From: Octopus sinensis
Taxonomy: Eukaryota
NCBI RefSeq assembly: GCF_006345805.1
Contig: NC_043001.1
Location: forward strand, 43,276,001-43,340,000
Reading direction: 5' to 3'
DNA length: 64,000 nucleotides
The notes under the pieces were generated by a model that did not search any database, was not told the origin of the DNA, and worked only from the letters and a program-made list of their open reading frames with translations. A program made the translations under genes and the position numbers. This document shows, one piece after another, positions 61,955-64,000 of this stretch. Every line of letters begins with the position of its first letter. Within the stretch, counting starts at the first letter, position 1.

Positions 61955-62325
61955 ATTATAACAATTATTATTATTGTTGTTGTTGCTATGCTTGACTTTT
62001 GCTTTGTATTTATACAAGTTAACTCCAAATCTCACCCAGAGACCTCAAGAGACAAGTTAGAAGTTCAAGTTGGTATTATGCCTAGGGTGTCATATATTTG
62101 GTTTTGTACATTGTATTGTTCTAGAGCGTTTTAGATTACATAGACAGTATTTTACGTAGGATATGGGCAGTTCCCATGAGCACTATCTTTTGAATTTCTA
62201 CCATTTTGGGGTTTCCTGGTATCTGAACTAGGTAAGAACCACCCCCTTTTGCTATCATTCCTAAGGCACCTATGACAACAGGTATTGTTTTAGTCTTGAG
62301 GTTCCACACTTTTTCAGAGTAACAC
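61955..62325 (-). mobile_element. R4/Dong-like non-LTR retrotransposon 3' end (restriction-like endonuclease tail)
   Basis: KTKTIPVVIGALG...EIQKIVLMGTAHILRKIL* followed by 3'UTR and (CAA/TAA)n tail. Confidence 0.8.
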
Positions 62326-62889
62326 ATGCACGATTTTCATTAAGAAAAAAAAAAAAAATTTTTTTTTTTTTAGTGGAATCAAGTACCCTGACCTCCTAAT
62401 ATGCTGCAAATCCCTTATTTTGGTTCAGGAAGGTGGGGCGGCGAAGGGACCCCCCCCCCCGTCCTGGATTCATTGGAATTTTTTTTTCTCCGTTGAATGA
62501 ATTCCTGTGACATCCTAATATGCTACAAAAACCTTTTTGGGGTTCGAAAAACGGAGTGGGGTGAGGTGGAAGCTTCAGAAATTTCACCTACCTCTACCCC
62601 CATTGATCTTTTCATCAGCACGATTTTCACTAAGGATAAAAAAAAAATTCCAATGAATCCGGGACGGATTTCCCTAACCCTAACTCTGAAAAGATGAATG
62701 GGAATGGGGTGGGTGAAATTTCCGAGGCTTCCACCTCACCCCACTCCGTTTTTCGGACCCCAAAAAGGGTTTTGTAGCAGGGATTCACTCAATGAAAAAA
62801 AAAAAATTCCAATGAATCCAGGACCGGAAATTTCGGGCCTATAGTAGAAAAGATTATTTTCATTATTATTATTGGTTTTTTAAAACAGG

Positions 62890-63560
62890 CTATTAGAGTA
62901 GAAACTGTAGAATTTAGCAGGGAACTAGCGAAGACTAGAGTAGAGAGAGACCGTTTTGGGAAATTAGAAGAGGCACTGAGTAGAGGCATGGCGACTGATG
63001 TGCTGGCAGCGAGATTGGTTCTGAACCAATTCTTCAACACCAAGCATGAAGTTTGCATTGTCAGAGCTAGGGCATGTGCTCTATAGCAAGAGGGAAATGA
63101 AAGCTGTTCGATTGGCCTAGGTGGCCAAGGCGCAACGTGGTAATAAAACTACAATTCGGTCTTTAAGAGGTCGGGATGGGCACATGCTACACGAGTCGAA
63201 GCAGATTTGTGCGGAATTTCAGCGGTACTTTGCTGAACAGTACGCGCGGTGGCCCAGAGGCGGAGGTGAACTTCACTTACTACCTTGATGGTATGCCGCG
63301 GCTTTTGGCCAGGGACATAGAGACCTGCAAAATGCCGATAACAGCTGAAGATACACGTGACGTGTTGCACAAGGGAGCGGTTCCGGGATTGGATGGTCTG
63401 CTCTTCGAGTTTTATATACATATGCCAGACTTGTTTGGTGAGCTTTTGGGAAACGTCTGCTGCAACTGGCAGCAGAATGGGAGAATACCCAGATCTGTGA
63501 GCCGAGGTGTGGTAACACTACTGAGAAAACATCCGAACAATGGGGACATATTTTTTTCCA
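62890..63560 (+). mobile_element. Tx1/L1-like LINE ORF2 fragment
   Basis: PIT.ED....L....PGLDGL..EFY....DLFG..L....N.....G.IP.S..RGVVTLL.K motif preceding the RT domain. Confidence 0.8.
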
Positions 63561-64000
63561 ATGCTCCAACGATTCTGCGAATCCCTCGGCCTTAATATTC
63601 AATAATGAGAGCAATATATGGGTTTTCGTTTCTTGTAATCTGATTAGTATGAACATGCTTATTGCAAATACGCCCATTCTCAGTTCCACAAACATACAAT
63701 GTTTTGCGATGGTCAAATGATTCTCTTCAATTTCACTTTGTCACAGTCTTTGCTATTTTTACTTTTTTTTTTTCAAAAGAGCTTGCTGTTATATCTGCAC
63801 TCATATTATTCTGTAACTTTCAAAAAAAAAAAAAAAAATTAACACTTTAATCTCACATGAATTACTTTGTCATATTACTGTGGGAAATTTCTCTAAAAGA
63901 GAAATCTTTGCAGAAAGGTGAGTAGATTGATTACATATTTCTTTCATTATGTTATCGCAGTTTTGTGAGATTTGGCTGTTATTTCTAGCATGTGGATAGC

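Overview
AT-rich, repeat-dense eukaryotic genomic DNA, most likely from an octopus (inferred from the tRNA-derived SINE and RTE-LINE repeat families). Three intron-containing genes were assembled by hand with phase-consistent splice junctions: TMEM218 (+, 3 exons, 605..7025, 117 aa, needing a GC-AG first intron), TOMM70 (+, 12 exons, 12728..45702, 582 aa) and MRPL40 (-, 5 exons, 59915..51362, 201 aa). The rest is decayed mobile DNA: CR1, RTE, R4/Dong-like and Tx1/L1-like LINE pieces, several SINE families, Penelope-like (GIY-YIG) elements, a deleted Helitron with a 69-bp STPR-like array, mariner and Chapaev3-like transposase fragments, hAT, piggyBac-like and Merlin-like MITEs, a solo LTR and a 5S rRNA fragment. 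The most interesting observations are intronic inverted-repeat elements carrying minimal hammerhead-ribozyme motifs (one also with a tRNA-like Pol III cassette), a candidate RFX/FOX/NF-Y ciliary promoter, and the higher-order Helitron repeat array. Almost all ORFs in the supplied track are spurious. Repeat boundaries without a stated TSD are approximate.
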